64,000 nucleotides of DNA, taken from the NCBI GenBank assembly GCA_003560665.1, contig PWKK01000023.1, forward strand, positions 186,040 to 250,039, in the 5' to 3' direction. The notes beneath the pieces were generated by a model. The model was given only the letters and a program-made list of their open reading frames with translations, made no database searches and had not been told where the DNA came from. Source of the DNA: Candidatus Nealsonbacteria bacterium. Its GTDB lineage: Bacteria; Patescibacteriota; Minisyncoccia; Minisyncoccales; PWPS01. The translations under genes and the position numbers were made by a program. This document shows positions 37,779-45,447 of the stretch, in pieces (positions within the stretch are counted from its first letter, which is position 1; each line of letters starts with the position of its first letter).

Positions 37779-37805
37779 TTGGCACTATAGTGGAGAGAGT
37801 GCCAG
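37779..37805 (+). promoter_or_regulatory. CIRCE-like inverted repeat (putative HrcA operator)
   Basis: TTGGCACTA-N9-GAGTGCCAG versus the CIRCE consensus TTAGCACTC-N9-GAGTGCTAA (7/9 plus 7/9). Lies immediately after the -10 of a heat-shock gene. Confidence 0.6.
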
Positions 37806-37838
37806 AAAGGTCTATTACAAACCAACTATAAAGTAACC

Positions 37839-38264
37839 ATGAACATAATTCCAAGAAAATCATTCGAGGAAATGGACAACTTTTTCCATGATGATGATTG
37901 GTTTTTCCCTGTTTTTTCTTCAAAAAAATTTTTTGAACCTGATATGGATGTCTATGAAACCGAAAAAAACGTTGTTGCCAAATTAAGTCTTCCTGATATT
38001 AATCCTGATGATGTCAAGGTTTCTGTCGAGAACGGAGTTTTAAAGATTTTCGGTGAGTTTGAAGAAAAGAATGAGGAAAATGAAAAAAACTATTGGAAAA
38101 AGGAGATTAGGAAGGGGTCCTTCCAACGGTCTGCAAGAATTCCTGCGGAAGTGAACGAAGAAAAAACAGAAGCTGTTTACGAAAAAGGTATTTTAAAAAT
38201 TACCTTGCCTAAAGTAGAAGAAAAAAAGAAAAAAGGACGAGAAATCAAAGTAAAGACAAAGTAA
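37839..38264 (+). CDS. Hsp20/alpha-crystallin small heat-shock protein
   Basis: Alpha-crystallin domain PDMDVYETEKNVVAKLSLPDINPDDVKVSVENGVLKI..F.RS..IP..V..A.YEKGILKITLPK. Confidence 0.9.
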   Translation: MNIIPRKSFEEMDNFFHDDDWFFPVFSSKKFFEPDMDVYETEKNVVAKLSLPDINPDDVKVSVENGVLKIFGEFEEKNEENEKNYWKKEIRKGSFQRSARIPAEVNEEKTEAVYEKGILKITLPKVEEKKKKGREIKVKTK

Positions 38265-38285
38265 GAAATTGAAAAATTTTTAAAG

Positions 38286-38315
38286 AAAAACCCCGCCATA
38301 GTTGGCGGGGTTTTT
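38286..38315. terminator. bidirectional terminator
   Basis: CCCCGCC / GGCGGGG stem flanked by A5 and T5 runs, between convergent genes. Confidence 0.8.
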
Positions 38316-38333
38316 CGGGCAGTATTCGTTAGA

Positions 38334-38546
38334 TTACCAGTCTTCTTCTTTGTCGTCATCACCGGTTTCTTCATCATCATCTAAATCGAGATCATCGTCT
38401 AGGTCGAGATCATCATCAAGGTCATCTCCGAGATCATCATCAAGGTCATCTCCGAGATCATCATCTCCCAAGTCATCATCACCGGTATCTTCATCGTCTA
38501 CTGCATATATTTTTTTATCGAATTCTTTTTGGTCCGTGAGGAACAT
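38334..38546 (-). CDS. hyperacidic 70-aa repeat protein (33 Asp and 6 Glu)
   Basis: MFLTDQKEFDKKIYAVDDEDTGDDDLGDDDLGDDLDDDLG..EEDW. Has its own consensus promoter and terminator. Confidence 0.55.
   Translation of the reverse strand: MFLTDQKEFDKKIYAVDDEDTGDDDLGDDDLGDDLDDDLGDDLDDDLDLDDDLDLDDDEETGDDDKEEDW
38406..38469 (-). repeat. 24-nt coding tandem repeat (about 2.6 copies)
   Basis: GAGATCATCATCAAGGTCATCTCC at 38406-38429 and 38430-38453, partial third copy after. Confidence 0.8.
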
Positions 38547-38636
38547 ATTTCTTTGTTTTCTCTCTTTAAGAGAAAACGGTTACTTTTACCTCATCACGCA
38601 CTATGATAAAAGTGCACCGACCTTTTTACTGGACAC

Positions 38637-38664
38637 ATTATAGTTTTAAAGTAAATGTTGTCAA
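38637..38664 (-). promoter_or_regulatory. minus-strand promoter (TTGACA, 16 nt spacer, TATAAT) for the acidic-protein gene
   Basis: Reverse complement reads GGGTTGACAACATTTACTTTAAAACTATAATG. Confidence 0.65.
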
Positions 38665-38708
38665 CCCTTTTTGTTTTATTTTTTCTTCTTTTATACTATA
38701 ATCACGTT

Positions 38709-39113
38709 ATGTGGCAGGTAACAGAAAAAAGAAATATTTTTTCCTTGTGGATTTCGTGGCACTACGTTGTTGCTCTTGAGAATGTTTATCTTAAATGGAG
38801 AGATATTCTTCGTTTTAATCTGGATTACTTTTCAATTCCATTTTTGATAAAAACTCTTTTTGCCCCCTGGAAAAGGTATAATCTTTCTCTTGGCAGGGGG
38901 TTTGATATTAGTAGAATTACAGAAGCTGTTGTTTTTAACACTTTTTCACGCTTGATGGGAGCGATAATGCGCATTTCCGTGATTTTTATCGGTCTGATAA
39001 TGCAACTCCTAATTTTGTTTTTTGGTATTTTTATTATCCTTTCTTGGATTCTTCTTCCATTAATGATATTAGTCGGACTATTTACATCTCTACAATGGTT
39101 AATTTTGAACTAA
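38709..39113 (+). CDS. hypothetical membrane protein (134 aa)
   Basis: ATG 38709 is preferred because the track start 38655 lies inside the divergent promoter. TATAAT ends 6 nt before the ATG, so the mRNA may be leaderless. C-terminal TM helices. Confidence 0.5.
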   Translation: MWQVTEKRNIFSLWISWHYVVALENVYLKWRDILRFNLDYFSIPFLIKTLFAPWKRYNLSLGRGFDISRITEAVVFNTFSRLMGAIMRISVIFIGLIMQLLILFFGIFIILSWILLPLMILVGLFTSLQWLILN

Positions 39114-40363
39114 AAGAGGCGGCGATTTATAGAGCGCTTACTTATAACAAGATTATTTTTATCCGACGAGCGGATCTTTTCGCAAAGCTTTTTCTTTTGC
39201 TTTCTGTCGGGCTTTTTCTTTTTTTTCTTTTCGGAGTAGAGGGGAGTTTTCTGGGGTGGAGCACTTTCTTTTTTGTCTTTTTCTTTTTTTTCACGGAGAT
39301 AGAGATGTTTTTTAAGGGTTACATCCAAAGGCCAAAACTTTTAATAAGTATCGATGAGGCGGCGGAAAATATAGAGAGTATTAATATCGCCGATTTTCTT
39401 GACTTTGAAAGTGCTAGAATTGTTGAAAAAACGGAAAAAATGGGAGGTGTTGACTCTTATCTTTTACTCTTCTTTTTACTCAAGGAGGCAAAAGAGATGG
39501 ATTTTGTTTTTTACCGTATCTTGATGGACAAAGAGCAGTCGGTTAGAGAGTTGGAAAATATGTTTCGTGAAAGAGGAAGGATAAGTGATGATGGTTACTC
39601 TGAGTGCTTTCTTAAAACCATCGTTGATGCTTTTAATATTGCAAAAGAGAGGGGAAACGAAAGAATTATGATTGAAGATATTTTTGTTGCCTTAAGCGAG
39701 CACAATGGATATCTGCAAGACAATCTTTATCAAAAAGGATTACGAAAAAAAGATGTATTTGAGCTTACATCGTGGCAAGCAAGAGCAAGATACCAAGAAG
39801 ATCCGTGGCTTTATAAAAATCTTATCAAGAGAGGAAGAATCGGAAGCGAATGGTCCTCGGGGTATATCTCCTTTCTTGAAAAATTTTCGATCGATTGGAC
39901 AAAGGGGATGAAGCTTGCAGGATTTCCTGAGACCGTTGGACACGAGAGAGAGGCGGATTCATTGGAAAGAGTTCTTTCACGAAATGAGATTAACAGTGCG
40001 GTTTTGGTGGGTGAGCCGGGGTCGGGGAGAAAAAGCATTATTCAGAAAATCATCAAAAAGAGTTTCTTGGGAGAAAGTCTTCCGGAAATTAATCACAGAA
40101 GGTTTTTGGAATTAGATCTGTCGGCAGTGGCAACTCACGCGCAAGGAATAGAAGAAACAGAGAGGGTTCTTGACGAAATTTTTAAGGAAACGGTAAGGGC
40201 GGGAAATATTATTCTCATTATTAATGATTTTCATGAATTTGTCGGAGGCGAGCAAAAACCAGGGGTGATTGATATCTCCGGAGTGTTGGGCCCCTATTTG
40301 CATGTTCCACAATTCAGGATTATCGGAGTAACCAGTTATCTTGGTTTCCGTCAAAAAATATAA
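39095..40363 (+). CDS. Clp/Hsp100-family AAA+ ATPase, N-terminal part: two TM segments, Clp-N-like repeat and a degenerate AAA1 domain (closes at in-frame TAA 40361-40363)
   Basis: LVGEPGSGRKSIIQKI (Walker A variant), IILIINDFHEF (Walker B position), RIIGVTSYLGFRQKI aligns to ClpB [13 protein letters not shown]. Confidence 0.75.
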   Translation: MVNFELKEAAIYRALTYNKIIFIRRADLFAKLFLLLSVGLFLFFLFGVEGSFLGWSTFFFVFFFFFTEIEMFFKGYIQRPKLLISIDEAAENIESINIADFLDFESARIVEKTEKMGGVDSYLLLFFLLKEAKEMDFVFYRILMDKEQSVRELENMFRERGRISDDGYSECFLKTIVDAFNIAKERGNERIMIEDIFVALSEHNGYLQDNLYQKGLRKKDVFELTSWQARARYQEDPWLYKNLIKRGRIGSEWSSGYISFLEKFSIDWTKGMKLAGFPETVGHEREADSLERVLSRNEINSAVLVGEPGSGRKSIIQKIIKKSFLGESLPEINHRRFLELDLSAVATHAQGIEETERVLDEIFKETVRAGNIILIINDFHEFVGGEQKPGVIDISGVLGPYLHVPQFRIIGVTSYLGFRQKI

Positions 40364-40384
40364 CAAAACTCTTCCGTTCTTTCT

Positions 40385-41590
40385 TTGATTGAAAAAGTAG
40401 AAGTAAAGGAAGCAACAGAAGAAGATACTCTTCTCCTTCTTGAAAGAGAAGCTCTTTTTCTTGAGAGGAAGTATAGAAAGTTAATTTCTTTTGCCGCTAT
40501 TAAAAAAACAATCTCTCTTTCTGCAAGATATATTCAGAACGCTCCTTTTCCCGAAAAGGCGTTGGACATTCTAGAGGAGGCGGTGGTTCATGTTAACCAG
40601 AAAAAGAAAGATATTCTTCTTCCAAGTGATGTTGAAAGAATTGTTTCGGAAAGGACGGAGATTCCTGTTGGAGAAGCGGACGCAAAAGAGAAAGATGTTC
40701 TTTTAAATATGGAAAACTTGTTACACGAAAGATTGGTTAATCAAAACGAAGCGGTAAAAGCGATTTCTCTTGCTCTTCGACGGTCAAGAGCTGATGTTGA
40801 TACGAGACGAAGCCTTATTGGAAGTTTTCTCTTTTTAGGACCCACGGGAGTGGGTAAGACCGAGATGGCAAAAGCGATTGCCAGTATTTACTTTGGGGCG
40901 GAAAAAAAGGTAAATCGAATTGACATGTCCGAGTTTCAAAGCATCTCCGATATTTCTCGTCTTATTGGATCTTCAACAGAAGACGGAGTACTTGCTTCAG
41001 GTGTACGGGACGACCCCTTTTCGCTTATTCTCTTAGATGAAATAGAAAAGGCCCATCCGGATATTTTAAACCTTTTTTTACAAGTGCTAGACGAAGGACA
41101 TCTTACAGACGGGAAAGGGAGAAAAGTAGATTTTCAAAATTCAATGCTTATTGCTACCAGTAATGCCGGCTACCAAACCATTCTCCGAGCTGTCGAAGAA
41201 AAAGAGGACTTTATAGAAACCAAAAAAAAGATCCTGAAAAAACTTTTTCGAGACTCTATCTTCAGGCCGGAGTTTGTTAATCGTTTTGACGAGGTTGTCC
41301 TCTTTGAACCGTTATCTAAAGAAGATCTTTTGCATGTTGCTCAACTCGAACTTGATAAAATGGCAAGGAATTTAGAAAAGAAGGATATGAAGTTCATTAT
41401 CACCGAAGGACTGAAGAGAAAAATAGTAGAGTTAAGTTATGATCCTGTTTTCGGAGCTAGGGAGATGCAAAGAGCAATTCAAAACAATATCGGTGACTCT
41501 CTTTCGTCTGCAATTCTAAAAGGAGACTTAAATAGAGGGGACTCTTTTGTCATCAATGCGGAAGATTTTACTCTCGAGAAAACACAATAA
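40385..41590 (+). CDS. Clp/Hsp100-family AAA+ ATPase, C-terminal part (rest of AAA1 plus an intact AAA2), same frame as 39095-40363
   Basis: FPEKALDILEEA, NQNEAVKAISLALRRSRA, FLFLGPTGVGKTEMAKA, LILLDEIEKAHPD, IATSNAG, FRPEFVNRFDEVVLFEPL. Confidence 0.8.
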   Translation: MIEKVEVKEATEEDTLLLLEREALFLERKYRKLISFAAIKKTISLSARYIQNAPFPEKALDILEEAVVHVNQKKKDILLPSDVERIVSERTEIPVGEADAKEKDVLLNMENLLHERLVNQNEAVKAISLALRRSRADVDTRRSLIGSFLFLGPTGVGKTEMAKAIASIYFGAEKKVNRIDMSEFQSISDISRLIGSSTEDGVLASGVRDDPFSLILLDEIEKAHPDILNLFLQVLDEGHLTDGKGRKVDFQNSMLIATSNAGYQTILRAVEEKEDFIETKKKILKKLFRDSIFRPEFVNRFDEVVLFEPLSKEDLLHVAQLELDKMARNLEKKDMKFIITEGLKRKIVELSYDPVFGAREMQRAIQNNIGDSLSSAILKGDLNRGDSFVINAEDFTLEKTQ

Positions 41591-41719
41591 AAAAAATAGT
41601 AGATAATTAAAAAGAACGTTCCCGGGGTTGCTTTTATCAAGGGATGTGATTTATAGCGGATTTTCTTTTTTTATTTTACTGAAAACTACTTGTTTTATTG
41701 CTAATTACCAACTAATACA

Positions 41720-42379
41720 ATGAATAAAATAATTATTCTTGTCGTTATCATTGTTTTTATTCTGATCGGGATTTTTTTCTTAATGGATAACGAGAAAGAA
41801 GTGCCAGCAGGTATCCCAGAAGATGATTTAAGCGAGGAAGAAAAAAGAGCCATGGAATATGGACAGCCAGATTACCTTGATATACAGGGTTATTATCTCT
41901 ATCCTTCTCCGGGGTATGATTGTGTGGGAGGATTTACCGATGACTACAGGTACTTGGATGCAGAGTGCGTTCCCGAAGAAAGAGATGATTACGAAATTAA
42001 CATCGAAGCGGGACTGGCGATGTCTTCAATTAATCCGGAAAAGGGAATTGTTGATAATCAAATTGTTGCAAGAAGTATGGAGTTTACGGGCAGACAACAC
42101 GGTGTTATTGTTTGCGAAGAGCACACTTCAGAAGGACTTAGACTTGGCGCTGAGCATTATCTTTGCACACACGAAAGAGACGGTGAGCCCGTTTTAACAC
42201 ATGGAATAGGGAAGGGTTTTTATCAATCAGATGGAGCTTATGGAAGGTGGCTTGAAGCGGATCTAATAATCAAAGACAGTGATAATGATTATACGCAGGA
42301 GGATTATGTTGAGTTGTTGGAAAGGTTTGTAAGTAGCAGTGTTAGAATTAACTGGGAAGACTACGAATCGGGAAATTAA
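41720..42379 (+). CDS. hypothetical membrane-anchored or secreted acidic protein
   Basis: 219-aa ORF with an N-terminal TM or signal segment IIILVVIIVFILIGIFFL. Confidence 0.55.
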   Translation: MNKIIILVVIIVFILIGIFFLMDNEKEVPAGIPEDDLSEEEKRAMEYGQPDYLDIQGYYLYPSPGYDCVGGFTDDYRYLDAECVPEERDDYEINIEAGLAMSSINPEKGIVDNQIVARSMEFTGRQHGVIVCEEHTSEGLRLGAEHYLCTHERDGEPVLTHGIGKGFYQSDGAYGRWLEADLIIKDSDNDYTQEDYVELLERFVSSSVRINWEDYESGN

Positions 42380-42503
42380 ATTTTTACTGTTTATCTAGAA
42401 GTTCGATTGAATCATCGGGCTTTTATTTTTCTTTCTTTTGTTGTATGATATAAACGCTGAAGGGGTTACTTGGCACTCTAAACAGAAAAAGGAGGCAAAA
42501 AAG

Positions 42504-42584
42504 ATGAAAGAGATAATGCTAACGTTAATTTTTTTGGCTGTAGTAGTGTTTATATTGGAAACAATAGCGAGAATAATATTTTAA
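42504..42584 (+). CDS. 26-aa hydrophobic peptide
   Basis: GGAGG 42491-42495 lies 8 nt before ATG. MKEIMLTLIFLAVVVFILETIARIIF. Terminator at 42622-42649. Confidence 0.45.
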   Translation: MKEIMLTLIFLAVVVFILETIARIIF

Positions 42585-42621
42585 AAAAAAGGAGGATTGT
42601 AAAAATATTTCTAAGACACAT

Positions 42622-42649
42622 GCGGGGAGTGTAAAATCCCCGCTTTTTT
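42622..42649 (+). terminator. rho-independent terminator
   Basis: GCGGGGA / TCCCCGC stem followed by a T6 run. Confidence 0.8.
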
Positions 42650-42822
42650 ATTAAATAAGTTTTGCCTGGTGAAAAGACGGGCAGCAAAAGTTCTTTGAAA
42701 CACATTGCTTTTTTATATATTTATTATATAATATAGAAAACAAAGAAAGGAGGAGAACATTAAACAATTAAACCAAAGGAAAGGAGAAGAGAATCTTAAA
42801 AAAAGAAAGGAGGATTTTGACG

Positions 42823-44109
42823 ATGAAGAATTTCTTCAGGTTTGATGAGAAAAAAACGAACTTAAAGACGGAAATTACCGCCGGAGCCACGACATTTATG
42901 ACGATGGCATACATTATCTTTGTTAATCCGTCCATCTTAAGCATGGCGGGTATGGATTCAGGGGCGGTGATGACAGCAACGATTATTGCGGCCGGGGTAA
43001 CCACGATATTGATGGGATTACTCACTAACTATCCCTTTGCCCTGGCTAGTGGAATGGGCCTTAACGCCTTTTTTGCGTTTGTTGTAGCTTCCCAGTACGG
43101 TTGGCAGGCTGCTCTCGGAGCGGTTCTTATTTCCGGAGTGGTTTTCCTAATACTCGCATTGTCGGGATCGGTGAGCTACATCGATGCAGCAGTACCCGCG
43201 AGTTTGAAAAACGCGGTAGCTGCCGGGATAGGCCTCTTTATTGCTTTTATCGGCCTTCAGAATGCTGGTATTATTGTCGGTTACGAGGCGACACAGGTTA
43301 CACTGGGTGATTTAACTGCACCTGGACCCTTGCTTTCAGTGATAGGATTGGTGTTTATTGCTTTGCTGATGGCAAGGAAAGTGAGAGGAGCAATACTGAT
43401 CGGCATCCTACTGACAACCGTTGTGAGTTTTATAATGGGATTTCAGCCGTTTCCGACGGGTTTGGGTGATGTGTTTGGTCCTCCTGCAAGTATGGGTCCG
43501 ACATTCTTTCAGCTAGATCTAAGGGCTACTTTTGCAATACCGTTTTTTGTAATTTTCAGCTTTGTTTTTGTCGATGTTTTTGATACCATGGGGACGCTTC
43601 TGGGGACAGGGGCAAGAGCCGGTTTTCTTGACAAAAAGGGCCGGCTACCCAAGGTGAATAAGGCGATGCTGGTTGATGCCATTGGAACTACCGGAGGAGC
43701 AGTACTTGGCACCAGCACAGTAACAACCTATATCGAATCAACCGCCGGTATTTCTGAAGGTGGAAGAACAGGATTTACTTCAGTTGTTGTCGGGATTCTG
43801 TTCTTTTTGACGCTCTTTCTGGCTCCGCTGGCGGGTCTCGTTCCTGCCGAGGCAACTGCTCCGGCACTGATTATTGTCGGGGTAATGATGGTGGCATCGG
43901 TCATGAAAATTGATTTTAATGATTTCACAGAAGCATTCCCGTCTTTCCTGACAATCATTTTTATGCCGCTGGCCTACAGCATTGCCGATGGAATAGCGGT
44001 TGGTTTTATCGCCTTTCCGTTGGTTAAGGTAGTTGCCGGTAAAAAAGGAGAAGTTCACTGGTTACTATATATCTTAGCGGTCATCTCACTAATCCACTTC
44101 ATCTGGTAG
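42823..44109 (+). CDS. NCS2/AzgA-family purine (adenine/guanine/hypoxanthine) permease
   Basis: FFRFDEKKTNLKTEITAGATTFMTMAYIIFVNPSIL, a typical AzgA/PbuG N-terminus. 12 or more TM segments. ATG 42823 lies 9 nt after GGAGG. Confidence 0.88.
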   Translation: MKNFFRFDEKKTNLKTEITAGATTFMTMAYIIFVNPSILSMAGMDSGAVMTATIIAAGVTTILMGLLTNYPFALASGMGLNAFFAFVVASQYGWQAALGAVLISGVVFLILALSGSVSYIDAAVPASLKNAVAAGIGLFIAFIGLQNAGIIVGYEATQVTLGDLTAPGPLLSVIGLVFIALLMARKVRGAILIGILLTTVVSFIMGFQPFPTGLGDVFGPPASMGPTFFQLDLRATFAIPFFVIFSFVFVDVFDTMGTLLGTGARAGFLDKKGRLPKVNKAMLVDAIGTTGGAVLGTSTVTTYIESTAGISEGGRTGFTSVVVGILFFLTLFLAPLAGLVPAEATAPALIIVGVMMVASVMKIDFNDFTEAFPSFLTIIFMPLAYSIADGIAVGFIAFPLVKVVAGKKGEVHWLLYILAVISLIHFIW

Positions 44110-44152
44110 GTGATCGGTGATTACAAAGAAAAAATTAAAGCAGATTTACTGC

Positions 44153-44189
44153 AATCCGCCACAAAGCAAGACGTGTGGCGGATTTTTTT
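44153..44189 (+). terminator. rho-independent terminator
   Basis: AATCCGCCACA / TGTGGCGGATT 11-bp stem followed by a T run. Confidence 0.85.
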
Positions 44190-44330
44190 ATAACCCTAAA
44201 TTTTTTCTTAAATTTATTTTATTATTTTTTGAAAATATGGTATGATAAAAAAAGTAGTTTCCGTAAAAATATTTTTTCGTGCTACGATTAACTGATTCTG
44301 TTCACTAAAAAAAAGGGGGGGGGTTGTATC

Positions 44331-44651
44331 TTGGATAAGAAGAAATCGCTTTATATGTTTTGGGTTGTGCTCTTTCTGCTGAATTTTTTAGATGTATTTT
44401 TTACATCCTACGGGGTTGAAGTGAGAGTATTGACAGAAGACAATCCCATTTCAGCAATATTTTTAAAAAACGGTATTCCCGCGATTTTTATTTTTAAGTA
44501 TTTTATGGTCTTTACACTACTGACGGGAGTAGTGATGCTTGAAAGAAAAGTTGATCTTTTACTGATGAAGATTTTTATTACAGCTGCAATAGGGATATCT
44601 TTTTTCTTTAATCTAAAGCACTTAGAGTGGTTGCTTGTTTTCTTCTTTTAA
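44331..44651 (+). CDS. small membrane protein, DUF5658-like
   Basis: TTG start 7 nt after an A8G9 tract. FLLNFLDVFFTSYGV..EDNPI resembles the DUF5658 N-terminal motif. 4 TM segments. Confidence 0.55.
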   Translation: MDKKKSLYMFWVVLFLLNFLDVFFTSYGVEVRVLTEDNPISAIFLKNGIPAIFIFKYFMVFTLLTGVVMLERKVDLLLMKIFITAAIGISFFFNLKHLEWLLVFFF

Positions 44652-44704
44652 ATTTCCTCGGAGCAAATCCGAGGAATGTTTTTAAAATTTAATGTGAGAA
44701 TAAT

Positions 44705-44896
44705 ATGGAGTGCCAAAAAGATAAAAATTTAGAGGAGTGTATTTGCACATATCCCGGTTGTCCGCAAAAAGGGATGTGCTGTTCATGCACAAGGCATCAC
44801 CGGGACAAAGGGGAGCTGCCGGCATGTTACTTTACTTCTGAAACCGAAAAAACATACGATCGTTCGGTGAAAAAGTTTGTCGAAGAGCAACAATAA
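44705..44896 (+). CDS. Cys-rich small protein, DUF6485-like
   Basis: CICTYPGCPQKGMCCSCTRHHRDKGELPACYF. Confidence 0.55.
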   Translation: MECQKDKNLEECICTYPGCPQKGMCCSCTRHHRDKGELPACYFTSETEKTYDRSVKKFVEEQQ

Positions 44897-45051
44897 AAAA
44901 AATGGATAAAGAAGGGAAGATTACGGACAAGAAATAATGCTTTCTTCTTTACTTAATTAATTTTGAGTTACATGTAATTTAGAATATGCTTTCTGTTGTA
45001 TTTTATTAATATAGTGTATAATAAAGAAAATAAAAATGAGGAGTGATCATT

Positions 45052-45447
45052 TTGTTGGAGCATTTTTATGTGGTAACCCGTAAAGGATTTTATTTTGTAA
45101 GTAAAGAAAGGGACATAGAGGGAAATCCTACACTGATAGAGTTACAAAAAAATAGAAAAATTGTTGGAGGAAGTTACGTTGGGATAATGCGAAGTGGTAT
45201 AATTCTTTACAACAATAACAGCTCTCAAAAATTGCCGGATCCTTATTCGGTTCGTAGTGACCTGGTCACATCTTCTATCGTTGCTCTTTTTTTTAAAAAA
45301 GATACAGCAAAAAAAGTTTTTGATAAGTTACAAAATAGAGAAAAAATCGAAAAAGATTTCTTAAATGAAAATGAAGAAGTTGTTCGGGAAATTGGAACCG
45401 AGCACCCGGTATTTATACTGTCAGAACTTGACCCTGTATTCCCTTAA
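45052..45447 (+). CDS. hypothetical protein
   Basis: ORF preceded by GAGGAG 8 nt before TTG 45052 (track start GTG 45043). No family recognised. Confidence 0.5.
   Translation: MLEHFYVVTRKGFYFVSKERDIEGNPTLIELQKNRKIVGGSYVGIMRSGIILYNNNSSQKLPDPYSVRSDLVTSSIVALFFKKDTAKKVFDKLQNREKIEKDFLNENEEVVREIGTEHPVFILSELDPVFP

Noticed and set aside
42466-42478. TTGGCACTC upstream of the 26-aa ORF considered as a second CIRCE element or a sigma-54 -24 box
   Set aside because: No inverted partner GAGTGCCAA lies downstream, and no TTGC -12 element sits at the correct spacing. It is a single half-site only.
42650-42816. Purine riboswitch upstream of the purine permease (also considered for 47050-47432 upstream of guaB)
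   Set aside because: I could not find the conserved three-way-junction core (UAUAAU..GGAUAUGG..UUUCUACC..CCGUAAAU-like segments) or a convincing P1-P2-P3 fold.
41720-44109. Horizontally acquired island inferred from higher GC in the permease
   Set aside because: Spot counts give 31-34 GC per 60 nt in the permease against about 22 in a typical membrane-protein gene. But guaB gives a similar 34 per 60, so Gly/Ala-rich conserved proteins are GC-enriched here regardless. There are no flanking repeats, tRNA target or integrase.
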